Source: Candidatus Eiseniibacteriota bacterium
GTDB lineage: Bacteria > Eisenbacteria > RBG-16-71-46 > CAIMUX01 > VGJL01
Direction: 5' to 3'
Length of the DNA: 64,000 bases
NCBI GenBank assembly: GCA_041946735.1
Contig: JBHGAY010000021.1
Location: 1 to 64,000, forward strand
Part shown: in pieces, positions 44,547-54,841 of the stretch
Layout: the number at the start of each line of letters is the position of its first letter
Numbering within the stretch: position 1 is the first letter of the stretch
Program-made: the position numbers and the translations under genes
Notes under the pieces: model-generated
What the model saw: only the letters and a program-made list of their open reading frames with translations
Databases searched by the model: none
Told to the model about the DNA's origin: nothing

Positions 44547-45622
44547 AGAAGCTCGATCGGTACCTGCTGCACGACTTTCTTCTCTACAGCCTGATGGGCG
44601 TCCTGCTCTTCGTCGGGATCTTCGTGATCGTCGACCTCTTCGAGAAGATCGACACGTTCGTCGACAACAAGGCGGGGTTCAGCACCGTCGTTCGCTACTA
44701 CGCCTGGAACGTGCCGGTCCTCCTCATCCAGATCGTGCCGCTCGCCGTCCTGCTCGGATCGATCCTCTCGCTCGGTCAGATGCGCCGCTTCAACGAGCTG
44801 ACCGCCATGCAGGGCGCCGGGATCTCGCCGCTCCGGATCGCGACGCCGCTCCTTGCCGCCGCATTGTTGATCGCCGGCTTCGACTACGGGCTTGGCGAAT
44901 GGATCGTCCCCCAAGCGTACCGCCAGCAGCAGAAGATCCTGCGCGTGGATATCAAGGGGCAGGAGCCGCTCGAAACGGCGGGAAGGATGAACATCCGCTA
45001 CCTGGGACGGGGCGGCAACCTCTACACGATCGAGTTCTTCGACGGCGCCACGGGGAGCCTGCGGAACGTGTCGGTCCAGAGCCTGGCGGAGAACGGGATC
45101 CGGCGGAGGATCGACGCGGAGGCAGCGCGCTATCGCGACGGTCTCTGGCGTTTCGAGAAGGGGACGCTTCGCGCCTTCGGCGACTCGAGCGAAACGACGA
45201 TCCGCTTCCGCAACTATGGCACGTCGAGCCTCCCGGAGAAGCCCCGCGACTTCCTCCGGCCGGAGGAGAGCCTCTTCGAGATGAACATGCGGGAGCTGCG
45301 CGCGTACGCCGACCGCATCCGATCGAGCGGAGGGCGCGACGTCAAGATCCGCGTCGACTACCAGCTGCGCGTGTCGTTCCCGCTCGCGACGGTGATCATG
45401 GTCCTGCTCGGCGCCTCGCTGTCGCTGCGCATCGTGCGAGGAGGGAGCGTGGCGCTCGGCATCGGGGCGACCGTCTTCGTGGGGTTCGCCTACTATGCGA
45501 TGCTCCGCGCGGGACAGGCGCTCGGCTACAACGAGACGGTCCCGCCGATCGTCGCGGCCTGGCTGGGGAACATCCTCTTCGGCGGACTCGGTTCCTTCTT
45601 CTTCTGGAAGGTCACGCGATAG
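44543..45622 (+). CDS. lptG: LPS export permease LptG
   Basis: KLDRYL, FNELTAM..AGIS..RI, R.SFPL, P..AAW..N; ATGA overlap with lptF. Confidence 0.9.
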   Translation: MKKLDRYLLHDFLLYSLMGVLLFVGIFVIVDLFEKIDTFVDNKAGFSTVVRYYAWNVPVLLIQIVPLAVLLGSILSLGQMRRFNELTAMQGAGISPLRIATPLLAAALLIAGFDYGLGEWIVPQAYRQQQKILRVDIKGQEPLETAGRMNIRYLGRGGNLYTIEFFDGATGSLRNVSVQSLAENGIRRRIDAEAARYRDGLWRFEKGTLRAFGDSSETTIRFRNYGTSSLPEKPRDFLRPEESLFEMNMRELRAYADRIRSSGGRDVKIRVDYQLRVSFPLATVIMVLLGASLSLRIVRGGSVALGIGATVFVGFAYYAMLRAGQALGYNETVPPIVAAWLGNILFGGLGSFFFWKVTR

Positions 45623-45634
45623 CGCCCGATCGCC

Positions 45635-47089
45635 TCACGGGCGCAAAGCCGGCCCGGGCGCATTTCCCGGCACTTCGTCGCCCACGGCCGGCCCCGGCGT
45701 TTCGGGAGCCGGAGCCTCGGCCGCCCGTCGCGCCTCCTCCTCGCGCGCTCCCTGCATGCGGGCGATGAAACCGGTGTCGTAGCGTCCGGTCCGGAAGTCG
45801 GGGTGCTTCAGCACCTCGCGATGGAACGGGATCGTCGTCTCGATCCCCTCCACCTGCGCCTCGCCGAGAGCGCGTTCCATCCGCGCAATCGCGCGCGGGC
45901 GGTCCGACGCGTGGACGATCAGCTTCGCGACCATCGAATCGTAGTAGGGCGGGATCGTCGAGCCGGGGAGGATGTTGCTGTCGATCCGCACTCCGGGGCC
46001 ACCGGAGAGATGGAACGTGCGGACGAGGCCGGGGCAGGGGCGAAAGTCCTGGGCAGGATCCTCGGCGTTGATCCGGCACTCGATCGCGTGCCCTTGCATC
46101 CGCACCTGCTCCTGGCGGAGCGCGAGAGGCTCGCCGGCCGCGATCCGGATCTGCATCTCCACCAGATCGAGCCGGGTCACCAGCTCGGTCACCGGATGCT
46201 CCACCTGCAGTCGCGTGTTCATCTCCATGAAGTAGAACTCGCCGGTCGCCTCTTCGAAGAGGAACTCGATCGTTCCGAGGCTCTGGTAGCCGACCGCTGC
46301 GGCGCCGCGCACGGCCGTCGCCCCGAGATGGGCGCGCATCGCCTCGTCGAGGGCGGGGCTTGGAGACTCCTCGATCAGCTTCTGATGCCTCCGCTGGATC
46401 GAGCAGTCGCGCTCTCCGAGGTGCAGCACGTTGCCATGCTTGTCCGCCACGATCTGGATCTCGATGTGCCGGGGCTTCTCCAGGTACTTCTCGAGATAGA
46501 GAGCTCCGTCCGCGAAGGCCGCCTCCGCTTCGGAGCGGGCGGTCGTGAAGAGCCGCTCCAACTCCTCCTGCGAGCGGACGATCCGCATTCCCTTGCCCCC
46601 GCCTCCCGCCTTCGCCTTGAGGATCACCGGGAACCCGGTCCGTTCGGCGATCGCGGCCGCTTCCGACGGGTCCTCGAGCACTCCGACGCTTCCCGGCAGC
46701 ACCGGCACGCCGGCCGCGCGCATCTTCTCCTTGGCGATCGCCTTGTCCCCCATCGTCCGGATGACCGAGGAGGGAGGGCCGATGAAGGTGATGCCGCTCG
46801 ACTCGCAGGCTTCGGCGAACTGGGCGTTCTCGGCGAGGAAGCCGTACCCGGGATGGACCGCGTCGGCGTTGGTGATCACGACGGCCGAGAGGATGCGCGG
46901 AAGATGGAGATAGCTCTCCCGGCTGCGCGGCGGACCGATGCAGACCGCCTCGTCGGCCGCCTTCACGTAGAGAGAATCGGCGTCCGCTTCGGAAAAGACG
47001 GCGACGGTCGCGATCCCCATCTCGCGGCAGGCACGCAGTACGCGCAGGGCGATCTCGCCTCGGTTGGCGACGAGAACCTTCTTGAACAT
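45635..47089 (-). CDS. accC: acetyl-CoA carboxylase biotin carboxylase
   Basis: [60 protein letters not shown]. Confidence 0.97.
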   Translation of the reverse strand: MFKKVLVANRGEIALRVLRACREMGIATVAVFSEADADSLYVKAADEAVCIGPPRSRESYLHLPRILSAVVITNADAVHPGYGFLAENAQFAEACESSGITFIGPPSSVIRTMGDKAIAKEKMRAAGVPVLPGSVGVLEDPSEAAAIAERTGFPVILKAKAGGGGKGMRIVRSQEELERLFTTARSEAEAAFADGALYLEKYLEKPRHIEIQIVADKHGNVLHLGERDCSIQRRHQKLIEESPSPALDEAMRAHLGATAVRGAAAVGYQSLGTIEFLFEEATGEFYFMEMNTRLQVEHPVTELVTRLDLVEMQIRIAAGEPLALRQEQVRMQGHAIECRINAEDPAQDFRPCPGLVRTFHLSGGPGVRIDSNILPGSTIPPYYDSMVAKLIVHASDRPRAIARMERALGEAQVEGIETTIPFHREVLKHPDFRTGRYDTGFIARMQGAREEEARRAAEAPAPETPGPAVGDEVPGNAPGPALRP

Positions 47090-47137
47090 GGATCCCTTCC
47101 GGGGCCGGGCCGCGAGTCGGGCGCCGTCCCCTCGATC

Positions 47138-48304
47138 TCAGAAACGCACCATTCCGGGAGGCTTCGAAGCGTCCGGTCCCGACTCCGGCGCTTCCCGTTC
47201 CGGCCCCTCGAACGCGGCCCACTTGGCATCGCTCGAGGAGTGGATTCCCCGGATGCGGAGCTCGAATTCGGTGGGACTGGAGGATGCGTGGATCGCCTCC
47301 TCGAGGGTGATCAGGCCTTCACGATACAGCTTCATCAAGGACTGGTCGAAGGTCTGCATCGCATACTGCGTGGTCCCCTCGTGAATCGCGGCCTTGATGA
47401 GCAGCGTCTTTTCGGCGTCGAGAAGGTACTCCTGGATCGTCGGCGTGTTGATCATCACCTCGACCGCGGGGACGCGGCCTTTGCCGGAAGCCCGGGGGAT
47501 CAGGCGGAGGCTGATCACCGCCTGCAGGGTCGTCGCGAGCAGATAGCGAACCTCGTCATGCTGGTGCGGCGGATAGAAGGAGATGATCCGGTTGACCGTC
47601 TGCGCCGCGTCCACGGTGTGGAGCGTCGAGAGAACGAGGTGGCCCGTGTCGGCCGCCATCAGACCGATCGACATCGTGTCGCGGTCCCGGATCTCGCCGA
47701 GCAGGATCACGTCGGGATCCTGCCGAAGAATGTGGCGGAGGGCGTCGCTGAAGGAGCCGGTGTCCAGACCGACCTCCCTCTGGCTGATCAGGCTCTTGTC
47801 GTCACGGTGGAGGAACTCGATCGGGTCCTCGATCGTCACGATGTTGCGGGAGAGCCGGCGGTTGATCGAATCGATCATGGCAGCGAGCGTCGTGCTCTTG
47901 CCGCTTCCCACAGTGCCGGTGACGAGCACGAGGCCGCGTGGGCGCAAGGCGAGCTGCTCGACGATCGGAGGGAGATTCAAGTCCTCGATCGCCGGAACGC
48001 CGAGCGGAACGTGGCGCAGGGCCATGGCGATCGTGCCGCGCTGGTAGTAGAGGTTCGAGCGGAACCGGGCGAGCCCGGCCGCGCCGAAACCGAAGTCGAT
48101 CTCCCGCTCGCGGGCGAACTCCTCCTTCTGCGCCGGCGTCAGGACCTGTTCCGCGGCTTCCTCCATCTCTTTTCCGGAAACGGGCGGCAGATCGAGAGCG
48201 AGCAGATTGCCATCGATGCGAAGCACCGGAGGACTTCCGACCTTCAGGTGCAGGTCGGACGCCCCCTGCTCGATCATCGCCTCGAGGAGCTTGCGGAAGT
48301 CCAT
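47138..48304 (-). CDS. PilT/PilU-family type IV pilus retraction ATPase
   Basis: ASDLHL, GTVGSGKSTT, TIEDPIE, QREVG.D, RQDPDVIL.GEIRD, TGHLVLSTLHT, MQTFDQSL; ATG after GGAGG. Confidence 0.95.
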   Translation of the reverse strand: MDFRKLLEAMIEQGASDLHLKVGSPPVLRIDGNLLALDLPPVSGKEMEEAAEQVLTPAQKEEFAREREIDFGFGAAGLARFRSNLYYQRGTIAMALRHVPLGVPAIEDLNLPPIVEQLALRPRGLVLVTGTVGSGKSTTLAAMIDSINRRLSRNIVTIEDPIEFLHRDDKSLISQREVGLDTGSFSDALRHILRQDPDVILLGEIRDRDTMSIGLMAADTGHLVLSTLHTVDAAQTVNRIISFYPPHQHDEVRYLLATTLQAVISLRLIPRASGKGRVPAVEVMINTPTIQEYLLDAEKTLLIKAAIHEGTTQYAMQTFDQSLMKLYREGLITLEEAIHASSSPTEFELRIRGIHSSSDAKWAAFEGPEREAPESGPDASKPPGMVRF

Positions 48305-48315
48305 CGGTCCTCCGA

Positions 48316-48798
48316 TCAGTCGGGCCGAACCAGGAAGAGCACCTGATTGAACTCGACCGGTTGTCCGTTCTGCACGGGGATCTTGGCGATCGTGCCCGCG
48401 ACCTCCGACTCGATCTCGTTCATCAGCTTCATCGCTTCGACGATGCAGACGACCTGGCCGATGGCGATCTTCTGATTCACGTCGACGTAGGGCGGCGACG
48501 TGGGTGAGGGGGCGCGGTAGAAGGTCCCGACCATCGGCGAGCGGATCGGAACGAGCCCGGGCTCCTCGGCCGGCTCGGAGGCGGCCGGCGGTGCGGCTGC
48601 AGGCGCCGCGGGCCCCGGCTCCGCCGCACGTCCGGCGGCCGGAGCGGGCGCCGCCGGCGGGACGTGGATCACGGCCGCCTGGTGATTGCCGGCGTCCTTG
48701 GTGATGCGGACGCGGTTCCACCAACGCCGCACCTCCAGCTCGTGGATCTGGCTCTCCTCCACCAGCTTGATCAAGCGCCGGATCTCTTCGACTCGCAT
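48316..48798 (-). CDS. accB: acetyl-CoA carboxylase biotin carboxyl carrier protein
   Basis: [20 protein letters not shown] biotinylation motif, Ala/Pro linker. Confidence 0.97.
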   Translation of the reverse strand: MRVEEIRRLIKLVEESQIHELEVRRWWNRVRITKDAGNHQAAVIHVPPAAPAPAAGRAAEPGPAAPAAAPPAASEPAEEPGLVPIRSPMVGTFYRAPSPTSPPYVDVNQKIAIGQVVCIVEAMKLMNEIESEVAGTIAKIPVQNGQPVEFNQVLFLVRPD

Positions 48799-48811
48799 CC
48801 CCTCTTCCTCC

Positions 48812-49264
48812 CTACGGCTCTTCGCGGCCGGCCGCGGTCAGCTCGACCAGGCCACGCAGCGCGAGCCGGTACCCGACCGCCCCGAGACCCAGGATCACCC
48901 CCCGGCACACAGGACCGACGAGGTCCCGGCGCCGGAACGGCTCCCGCGCGAGAGTATGGGACAGATGCACCTCGAGGACCGGGTAATCGACCGAAGCGAC
49001 CGCGTCGCGCAGGGCGATGCTCGTGTGGGTCAGGCCGCCGGGATTCAGGACCGCTCCCCGGACCCGGCCTCGCGCCTCATGGATGCGGTCGATCAGCGCT
49101 CCTTCGGAATTGCTCTGGAAGAACTCCACGGGGACACCCAGGGAACGGGCTTCCTCGCGGACCTCCCCCTCGAGCTGCGCCAGCGTCATCGAACCGTAGA
49201 CCTTCGGCTCCCGTGATCCGAGCAGGTTCAGGTTCGGGCCGTTGAGGACCAGGATCGGGTGCAT
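48812..49264 (-). CDS. aroQ: type II 3-dehydroquinate dehydratase
   Basis: [42 protein letters not shown]. Confidence 0.96.
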   Translation of the reverse strand: MHPILVLNGPNLNLLGSREPKVYGSMTLAQLEGEVREEARSLGVPVEFFQSNSEGALIDRIHEARGRVRGAVLNPGGLTHTSIALRDAVASVDYPVLEVHLSHTLAREPFRRRDLVGPVCRGVILGLGAVGYRLALRGLVELTAAGREEP

Positions 49265-49267
49265 CGT

Positions 49268-50359
49268 TCAGGCCAGCACGTATTCCGTCGCCTCACGAAC
49301 GAGGCCTTCCGGAACTCGCGGCCGGACCGTAACATCGCCGATCCCGGCTGTCAACACGAAGGTCCAGCCCTCCTCCCCGGCCTTCTTGTCCAGATGGAGC
49401 CAAGGTTCGATCCGCTCCCACTCGAGCCCGGACGCTCGGATCGGAAGGCGATGGCGCTCCAGCAGTCGTTCCACGCTCTCGAGGACGGAAGCCCCGCAGA
49501 GACCGAGCATCTGCGAGAGACGGCAGGCGGCGATGAGACCAATCGCCACCGCTTCCCCATGACGGTATGTCTTGAAGCCGGTCGCGGCCTCCAGAGCATG
49601 GCCGATCGTGTGGCCGAGGTTGAGCTTGCGGCGTTCTCCCTGCTCCCGCTCATCCGCCGTGACGATGCGGGCCTTCACCTGGATCGACCGCTGCAGCAAC
49701 TTTTCCAACACCACCGGCTCCCTCCTCCAGATCGGCACATCCCGCGTCTCCAGCAGGTGGTAAAGTTCCCCATCCGCGATCATCGCCGCCTTGACGACCT
49801 CGGCCAGCCCGTTCGCCAGCTCCTCGTCCGGCAACGTGGAGAGCGTCTCCGGAGCCGCGAGCACGAGGACCGGTTGATGAAAGGCGCCGATCAGGTTCTT
49901 CGCCCCGCCGTAGTCGATCCCCACCTTTCCCCCGACGCTCGCGTCCGCCATGGCGAGCAGCGTCGTGGGCACCTGCAGGAAGGAGACACCGCGCATCCAC
50001 GTCGCGGCCGCGCAGCCCGCCAGATCGCCGATCACCCCCCCGCCCAGCGCGATCACCAGACCGTCGCGCCGGAGACCCGCGGCGAGGAACGCGTCGTAAA
50101 GCTGGGTCAGGGAGGACATCTGCTTCGTGGACTCGCCGGGAGGCAGCTCGACCACCGAAGGATGGAGCCCCATCCCTTCGAGCAGAGAGAGACCGGCGGG
50201 GAGCCAATGCGCGGCCACGTGGCGATCGGTGACGAGGACGGCGCGCCGCTCGCGAAACGCCTCCAACTCCTCGGGGGGTGCGCTCCGCCAGGATTCGATC
50301 GAGTCGATCAGGACCCTGTAGGGGCGCGCGCCCACCTGCACGAGAATCGAGCGAGGCAT
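49268..50359 (-). CDS. aroB: 3-dehydroquinate synthase
   Basis: GE..K, ALGGGVIGD, RG....QVPTTLLAM.DASVGGK, KNLIGAFHQP, LNLGHT.GHA, HGEAV. Confidence 0.96.
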   Translation of the reverse strand: MPRSILVQVGARPYRVLIDSIESWRSAPPEELEAFRERRAVLVTDRHVAAHWLPAGLSLLEGMGLHPSVVELPPGESTKQMSSLTQLYDAFLAAGLRRDGLVIALGGGVIGDLAGCAAATWMRGVSFLQVPTTLLAMADASVGGKVGIDYGGAKNLIGAFHQPVLVLAAPETLSTLPDEELANGLAEVVKAAMIADGELYHLLETRDVPIWRREPVVLEKLLQRSIQVKARIVTADEREQGERRKLNLGHTIGHALEAATGFKTYRHGEAVAIGLIAACRLSQMLGLCGASVLESVERLLERHRLPIRASGLEWERIEPWLHLDKKAGEEGWTFVLTAGIGDVTVRPRVPEGLVREATEYVLA

Positions 50360-50546
50360 CGGACTCGCTCAGCGACTCGCGCCCGAGCAGATCCGTGGCA
50401 CGACGCAGCGGCCAATCACGTCCGGCCGATCGCGTAGCAACATGGAGGGACGGTAGCATCGGTCCGGCCGGAGGTCCAGGCGCGGTCGAACCCTCGCTGC
50501 CGCGCTCAGGCGGCGGCAGCGCGGCACGCGGCCGTCGCGAGCGCGA

Positions 50547-51773
50547 TCACTGTCCCTGGAGCTGATGCCGTAGAAGTTCGAGCTGGTGGGTGAGCTGCTC
50601 GATCTGGCCGCGGAGCCTCTTCTCCCGTCCGCCGGCGAGCATCCGCTGCCGCTCTCGCCAGATCACGTGAGCGCGGTCCTCGAGCCGCACGGGCATCGAG
50701 ATCCTCTTTCCGTTGCGCTGGAGATCGATCTCGATCGTCTCGCCGGGCCCCCGTGCAGCGACCGCCTGAGTCAGCGCGTTCCAGTCCGTGACGGGCTGGC
50801 CGTTGAGCCCGGTGATGCGATCGCCAGGGAGGATCCCGCAGCGCTGGGCGGGACTTCCCGCGAGCACGCGCGAGACGAGCAGGCCGGAGGATGAAGATGC
50901 GGACCGAGAGGCGGCGGCCTCCTGTCGCGGGATCTCGACGCTGACGCCCAGGAACCCTTGCCCCTCGTCGCCCGCGTCGATCAGCCCGTCCGCCACCGAC
51001 TCGATCAGATCGACTGGGAGGATCCACCCGGCCTCCGTCGGCCCGGTGCATTCGAGCGGATACTCGATCGACCGGGTGCGATCCTTCGAGTGCAAGAGGA
51101 TCGTCTCCCGGCCTTGCCCGAGGAGCATCCCGATCAGGCGTCCTTCCTCGTCGAGCACCCCTCCGCCCGCCAGAGCCGGATCGCCGGCGACCTCCAAGCG
51201 CGCCTTCCAGATATCCCCCTCATGCGTGCCGCCCGAGACCTTCGTCACCGTCAGATGCTCCTCGCCGTCCTCGGGGAGGAATCCGAGGGTCATGACCCAG
51301 TTCTGCTCGAGCAGGCTGCGCGAGTCCCCGCGTTCGGCCGGTCGCGCGGGCAAACCTTGCGCGATCTGCACGAGACTCAGCCCAGAGACGGGATCCTGTC
51401 CGATGAAACGCGCGGGATGGGGCTGCCCGTCCGGCCCGAAGATACGGATCGTATCGCCGGGCTGCGCGAGATCCGCGACGGTGATGACGTGGCCCGCCTG
51501 GTCCCAGAGCAGTCCGTTGCCTCGAATCCTGCGCACCGCGAGCGCGCGCTCCGAAGCCGCATGAGGGCTCGCGGATTCCGGAATCCAGGGACGGCGGACG
51601 TCGACCCGCACGATTCCACTCTTCGCTCCCTGCAGGATCGAGTCGAGGCGCTCGCGCAGCGGCCCGGCGGCCGAGGGCAGAGCGTCGGGAAGGGTGAGGA
51701 CGAGCAGGAACAGGCAGGCGGCGAGCGGCCGCGAGCGTCCTTTCCTAGAACACAATGTAGACACGACCCTCAC
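50547..51773 (-). CDS. HtrA/DegS-like trypsin-fold plus PDZ protein, catalytic residues apparently lost
   Basis: Signal peptide; G.G......G.VIT, A.FIG.D....L..V, GG.VLD..G.LIG, GFLGV, V..GSPA...G...GD.I; VITVAD replaces TNxH and PALAGG replaces PGNSGG. Confidence 0.82.
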   Translation of the reverse strand: MRVVSTLCSRKGRSRPLAACLFLLVLTLPDALPSAAGPLRERLDSILQGAKSGIVRVDVRRPWIPESASPHAASERALAVRRIRGNGLLWDQAGHVITVADLAQPGDTIRIFGPDGQPHPARFIGQDPVSGLSLVQIAQGLPARPAERGDSRSLLEQNWVMTLGFLPEDGEEHLTVTKVSGGTHEGDIWKARLEVAGDPALAGGGVLDEEGRLIGMLLGQGRETILLHSKDRTRSIEYPLECTGPTEAGWILPVDLIESVADGLIDAGDEGQGFLGVSVEIPRQEAAASRSASSSSGLLVSRVLAGSPAQRCGILPGDRITGLNGQPVTDWNALTQAVAARGPGETIEIDLQRNGKRISMPVRLEDRAHVIWRERQRMLAGGREKRLRGQIEQLTHQLELLRHQLQGQ

Positions 51774-52452
51774 GATTCTGGCTCCGGTTCGACTCCGGTG
51801 CGGGCGATCCTCCCGTGTTGACCTGTCTGCCGACTCCGCTCAGACCGCGATCCTGTCCCCAGTCCGGCTGCGGCGCAACGACCGTGTCGGATGCGGCGGC
51901 ATCTTGCTGGGACTCGGCCCGCCGCAGCATCTCCTGGACGAGATCCTCGAACGGACCGGAGGGAGCGGGCGCGGAAACTGGAGAGGAGGCGAAGCTCGAC
52001 TGGCCGCCGGGAGCCGAACCGGATGGAGCGATCTGCTGCTGCGAGACCGCCACCGAAGGGCTTCCCACTCCCGGAGTCGAGGAGCGAAGGAGCAGAACGC
52101 TTCCCCCGATTCCGACGACGAGCCCGAAGCTCAAAGCGGCGACCGCCACGCGCGGCGACCATCCGAGTGTGACGAGTCCGGCTCGCAGTCTCTCCCACAG
52201 GCCAGGCTCCTCGACCGGGACGGGGACCCGCCGGGCCTCTCGAACCCTCTCGAGCACGTCGTGCAGGAACTCGGGCGGAGCCTGCTCCTCGGGAAGCGTT
52301 CGGACGAGGCCGACGGTCCGCTCGAACTTGCGGAACTCGGCCGCGCAGGTGGCGCACGATTCGAGATGCTCCGACAAGCGATGCTGCTCGCGGTAGTCGA
52401 GCTGGCCATCGAGACGGGGGGAGAAGAGATTCCTGGCGCACTTACAGTTCAT
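51745..52452 (-). CDS. zinc-finger (ZAS) membrane anti-sigma factor
   Basis: MNC...LDG.L......HLESCATC (HxxxCxxC), one TM helix, Ser/Pro-rich exported tail. Confidence 0.9.
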   Translation of the reverse strand: MNCKCARNLFSPRLDGQLDYREQHRLSEHLESCATCAAEFRKFERTVGLVRTLPEEQAPPEFLHDVLERVREARRVPVPVEEPGLWERLRAGLVTLGWSPRVAVAALSFGLVVGIGGSVLLLRSSTPGVGSPSVAVSQQQIAPSGSAPGGQSSFASSPVSAPAPSGPFEDLVQEMLRRAESQQDAAASDTVVAPQPDWGQDRGLSGVGRQVNTGGSPAPESNRSQNREGRVYIVF

Positions 52453-53071
52453 CGGCGGTGCCCTCAACGGAAGTGTCCATGAGCTCTTTCAACGCCATGC
52501 GAGCGCGATTGATGCGGGACCGAACCGTCCCTCCAGGGATCTTCAGCACCTCGGCGATCTCCTCATAGGAGAGCTGCTGGATGTCGCGCAAGACGATCAC
52601 CTCTCGGAACTTCTTGGGCAGGTTGGCTACAGCCGCGGCGACCTTCGCTTCGACGTCCCGGCGGCGGTAGAGGCGCTCCGGGCCGGGACCAGGATCGGCC
52701 ACGAAGGCTCCCGAGTCGCCGGTCGCCTCCAGAAGCTTGTCGAGGGAGACGACTCCCCGGGCTCGGACCCTCCGTCGGATCTCGTTCTTCGCGAGATTCA
52801 TGGCGATGGTGTAGAGCCACGTGCTGAACTTCCCGCTCGGCCGGTACCTCTCCCGATGAATGAATACACGAAGGAATGTTTCCTGGGCGATCTCCTGGGC
52901 CCGGTCTCGGTCCCCGATGAATCGACTCACCAGATTGATGATCCGGTTCTGGTACCTCTGCACAAGGGCCGCGAACGCCGCTTCCGAACCCCGGACGATC
53001 TCCTCCATCAATTCTTCATCGGGGAGACCAGAGGGATCGGTAACGGGTTGGCGGTCATCGCCAGATGCCAT
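52442..53071 (-). CDS. ECF RNA polymerase sigma factor (RpoE/SigW-like)
   Basis: AF..LV.RY, AQE.F, FSTWLY.IA.N, LP...R....LR....LSYEEIA......GTVRSRI.RAR. Confidence 0.95.
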   Translation of the reverse strand: MASGDDRQPVTDPSGLPDEELMEEIVRGSEAAFAALVQRYQNRIINLVSRFIGDRDRAQEIAQETFLRVFIHRERYRPSGKFSTWLYTIAMNLAKNEIRRRVRARGVVSLDKLLEATGDSGAFVADPGPGPERLYRRRDVEAKVAAAVANLPKKFREVIVLRDIQQLSYEEIAEVLKIPGGTVRSRINRARMALKELMDTSVEGTADEL

Positions 53072-53092
53072 TCCTTCTCCCGTTCTCGGGGA

Positions 53093-53120
53093 CACTACCC
53101 CGGGCCCTATCGAGGGTTCC
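53093..53120 (-). promoter_or_regulatory. candidate ECF autoregulatory promoter
   Basis: GGAACC-N16-GTAGTG just upstream of the sigma RBS (GGAGAAGGA). Confidence 0.4.
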
Positions 53121-54783
53121 CCCCGCCGGACCGCCTATCCTCCCAGACTTGCAGGAGTTCCCTCGCCCTCCGGTCGTCCGGCTGGTCCCGGAGCAGGTCC
53201 CGCAGGATCTGGCGCCCCTCCTCGGCCCGGTCGCCCGCATGCAGTGCCCGGGCGAGGTGGATGCGGATCTCCGCCTCCCGGGGGTCCAGTTGGCTGGCCC
53301 GCTGCAGTTGCTCGATCGCCTCGCCGATCCTGCCGAGGCGGAAGAGCGCCCAGCCGTAGCTGTCCAGGTAGGCGGCGTTGCCGGGATCGAGCGAGACCGC
53401 CTGCCGTGTCCACTCCAGCGCCTGGTCCAGCCGGATCCCCTGATCCGCGCACAGGTAGCCGGCATAGTTGAGCACGCTCGCGTCTCCCGGGTGACTCTCG
53501 AGCAATCGGGCGAACCAGGTGACGGCGTCCTCGTAGCGACCCGCGGTCTCGTCGATGCGACCCAGCTCGAAGAGGACCTCGCGGTCATCGGGGTGCATCC
53601 GGAGGATCTGCTCGAGATGCTTGCGCGCCTCCTCCGGCCTCCCGAGGTCGAGGAGAATGCCGGCCGAGAGCAGTCGCGCTTCCCGGTCGTCAGGATTGCG
53701 AGCATGGACCTGCTCGAGCGACTGCAACGCCTCTTCCGGGCGGTCGAGCTGTGCGAGGGTGGCGGCGCGATAGCGGAGCGGGGCGTCGTCCTTCGGGTTC
53801 TCGCGCGCCAGCTCGTCGGCCACCGAGAGAGCCGCCTGCAAGCTGTCCGCGCGCAGATACGCGCGCCACAACCACTCCCCGGAGTCGGCGAGATGGGGAT
53901 CGAGAGCGCGGGCCTGACGGAAGCAGGAGATCGCCTCGGGGATCCGCTCCTGCGAGAAATGAATGACGCCGAGCTGCATCGGGATCGAAGCGTCGTCGGG
54001 CACTTCCTGGCGAAGTCGCTCGAGGAGCGGCTGCGCCTCCGCCTGCCGGCCGATCGAGACGAGGATACGCGCCAGCTCTCGGCGTATCTGCGTCGAGGAT
54101 GGATCGGCAGCGAGCACACGCTCGAGGGCGCCGGCGGTGGAGGGAGAAGGGCCGAGCTTCCATGCGAGGGCGAGGATCGGATCGATGGCGCCGGGCAATC
54201 CCGGAGCTGCCTCCTCCGCGCGGACCAGGTCTTCGAGCGCTTCGTCGAACTGGCCGAGCCGGGCGCGCAGAATCCCCCGGCGAAGGAGAAGGGGCGGCAC
54301 GTCCGGGTCGACGCCGCCCTTCTCCGGAAGGAGGAGGTCGAGCGCCTCCTCCGTCTTGCCGGCGATCTCCAGAGCGAGCAGGAGGGAGTTCAGGTAGCGC
54401 CGGTCGTCCGGCTCCCGGCCGCGCGCCTCCCGGAGCGCCTCGATTCCCTCTTCACGGCGGCCGGACCGGCTCAAAGCCTCGCCGAGGAGCCAGAGCGCTT
54501 CGGTGTCCTCTGGGGAGAGAGAACGCGCGCGGGAAGCGACGGAGACCGCTTCGCTGGCGCGACCAGCCTGGAGCAAGACCCGCGCCAGCTCTCGCTGGAT
54601 GTCGCCAGCGGCGCTATCGAGAGCGGCTGCCGCTCGCAGCTCGTCGATGGCGGAGGGCAGATCTCCCTGCTCGGCGTGGGCCATCCCTTGCACGTAATGC
54701 TCCAGTGCCTCTCCGGAATCCGCTGCTCGGCCCGGCATCGCGAAAAGCGCTACGAGAAGAAACGGGGCGAACCAACGCGGCAA
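53107..54783 (-). CDS. exported tetratricopeptide-repeat protein
   Basis: Signal peptide, many TPR units, C-terminal LNY.GY..AD...LD.A...P.N.AYLDSYGW block; TTG start after AAGGAG. Confidence 0.88.
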   Translation of the reverse strand: MPRWFAPFLLVALFAMPGRAADSGEALEHYVQGMAHAEQGDLPSAIDELRAAAALDSAAGDIQRELARVLLQAGRASEAVSVASRARSLSPEDTEALWLLGEALSRSGRREEGIEALREARGREPDDRRYLNSLLLALEIAGKTEEALDLLLPEKGGVDPDVPPLLLRRGILRARLGQFDEALEDLVRAEEAAPGLPGAIDPILALAWKLGPSPSTAGALERVLAADPSSTQIRRELARILVSIGRQAEAQPLLERLRQEVPDDASIPMQLGVIHFSQERIPEAISCFRQARALDPHLADSGEWLWRAYLRADSLQAALSVADELARENPKDDAPLRYRAATLAQLDRPEEALQSLEQVHARNPDDREARLLSAGILLDLGRPEEARKHLEQILRMHPDDREVLFELGRIDETAGRYEDAVTWFARLLESHPGDASVLNYAGYLCADQGIRLDQALEWTRQAVSLDPGNAAYLDSYGWALFRLGRIGEAIEQLQRASQLDPREAEIRIHLARALHAGDRAEEGRQILRDLLRDQPDDRRARELLQVWEDRRSGGGNPR

Positions 54784-54841
54784 GGGAACTCCTTTCTCCC
54801 TGAAGTGTCGATGCTAACACATGGAAAAGACATAGGTACCT

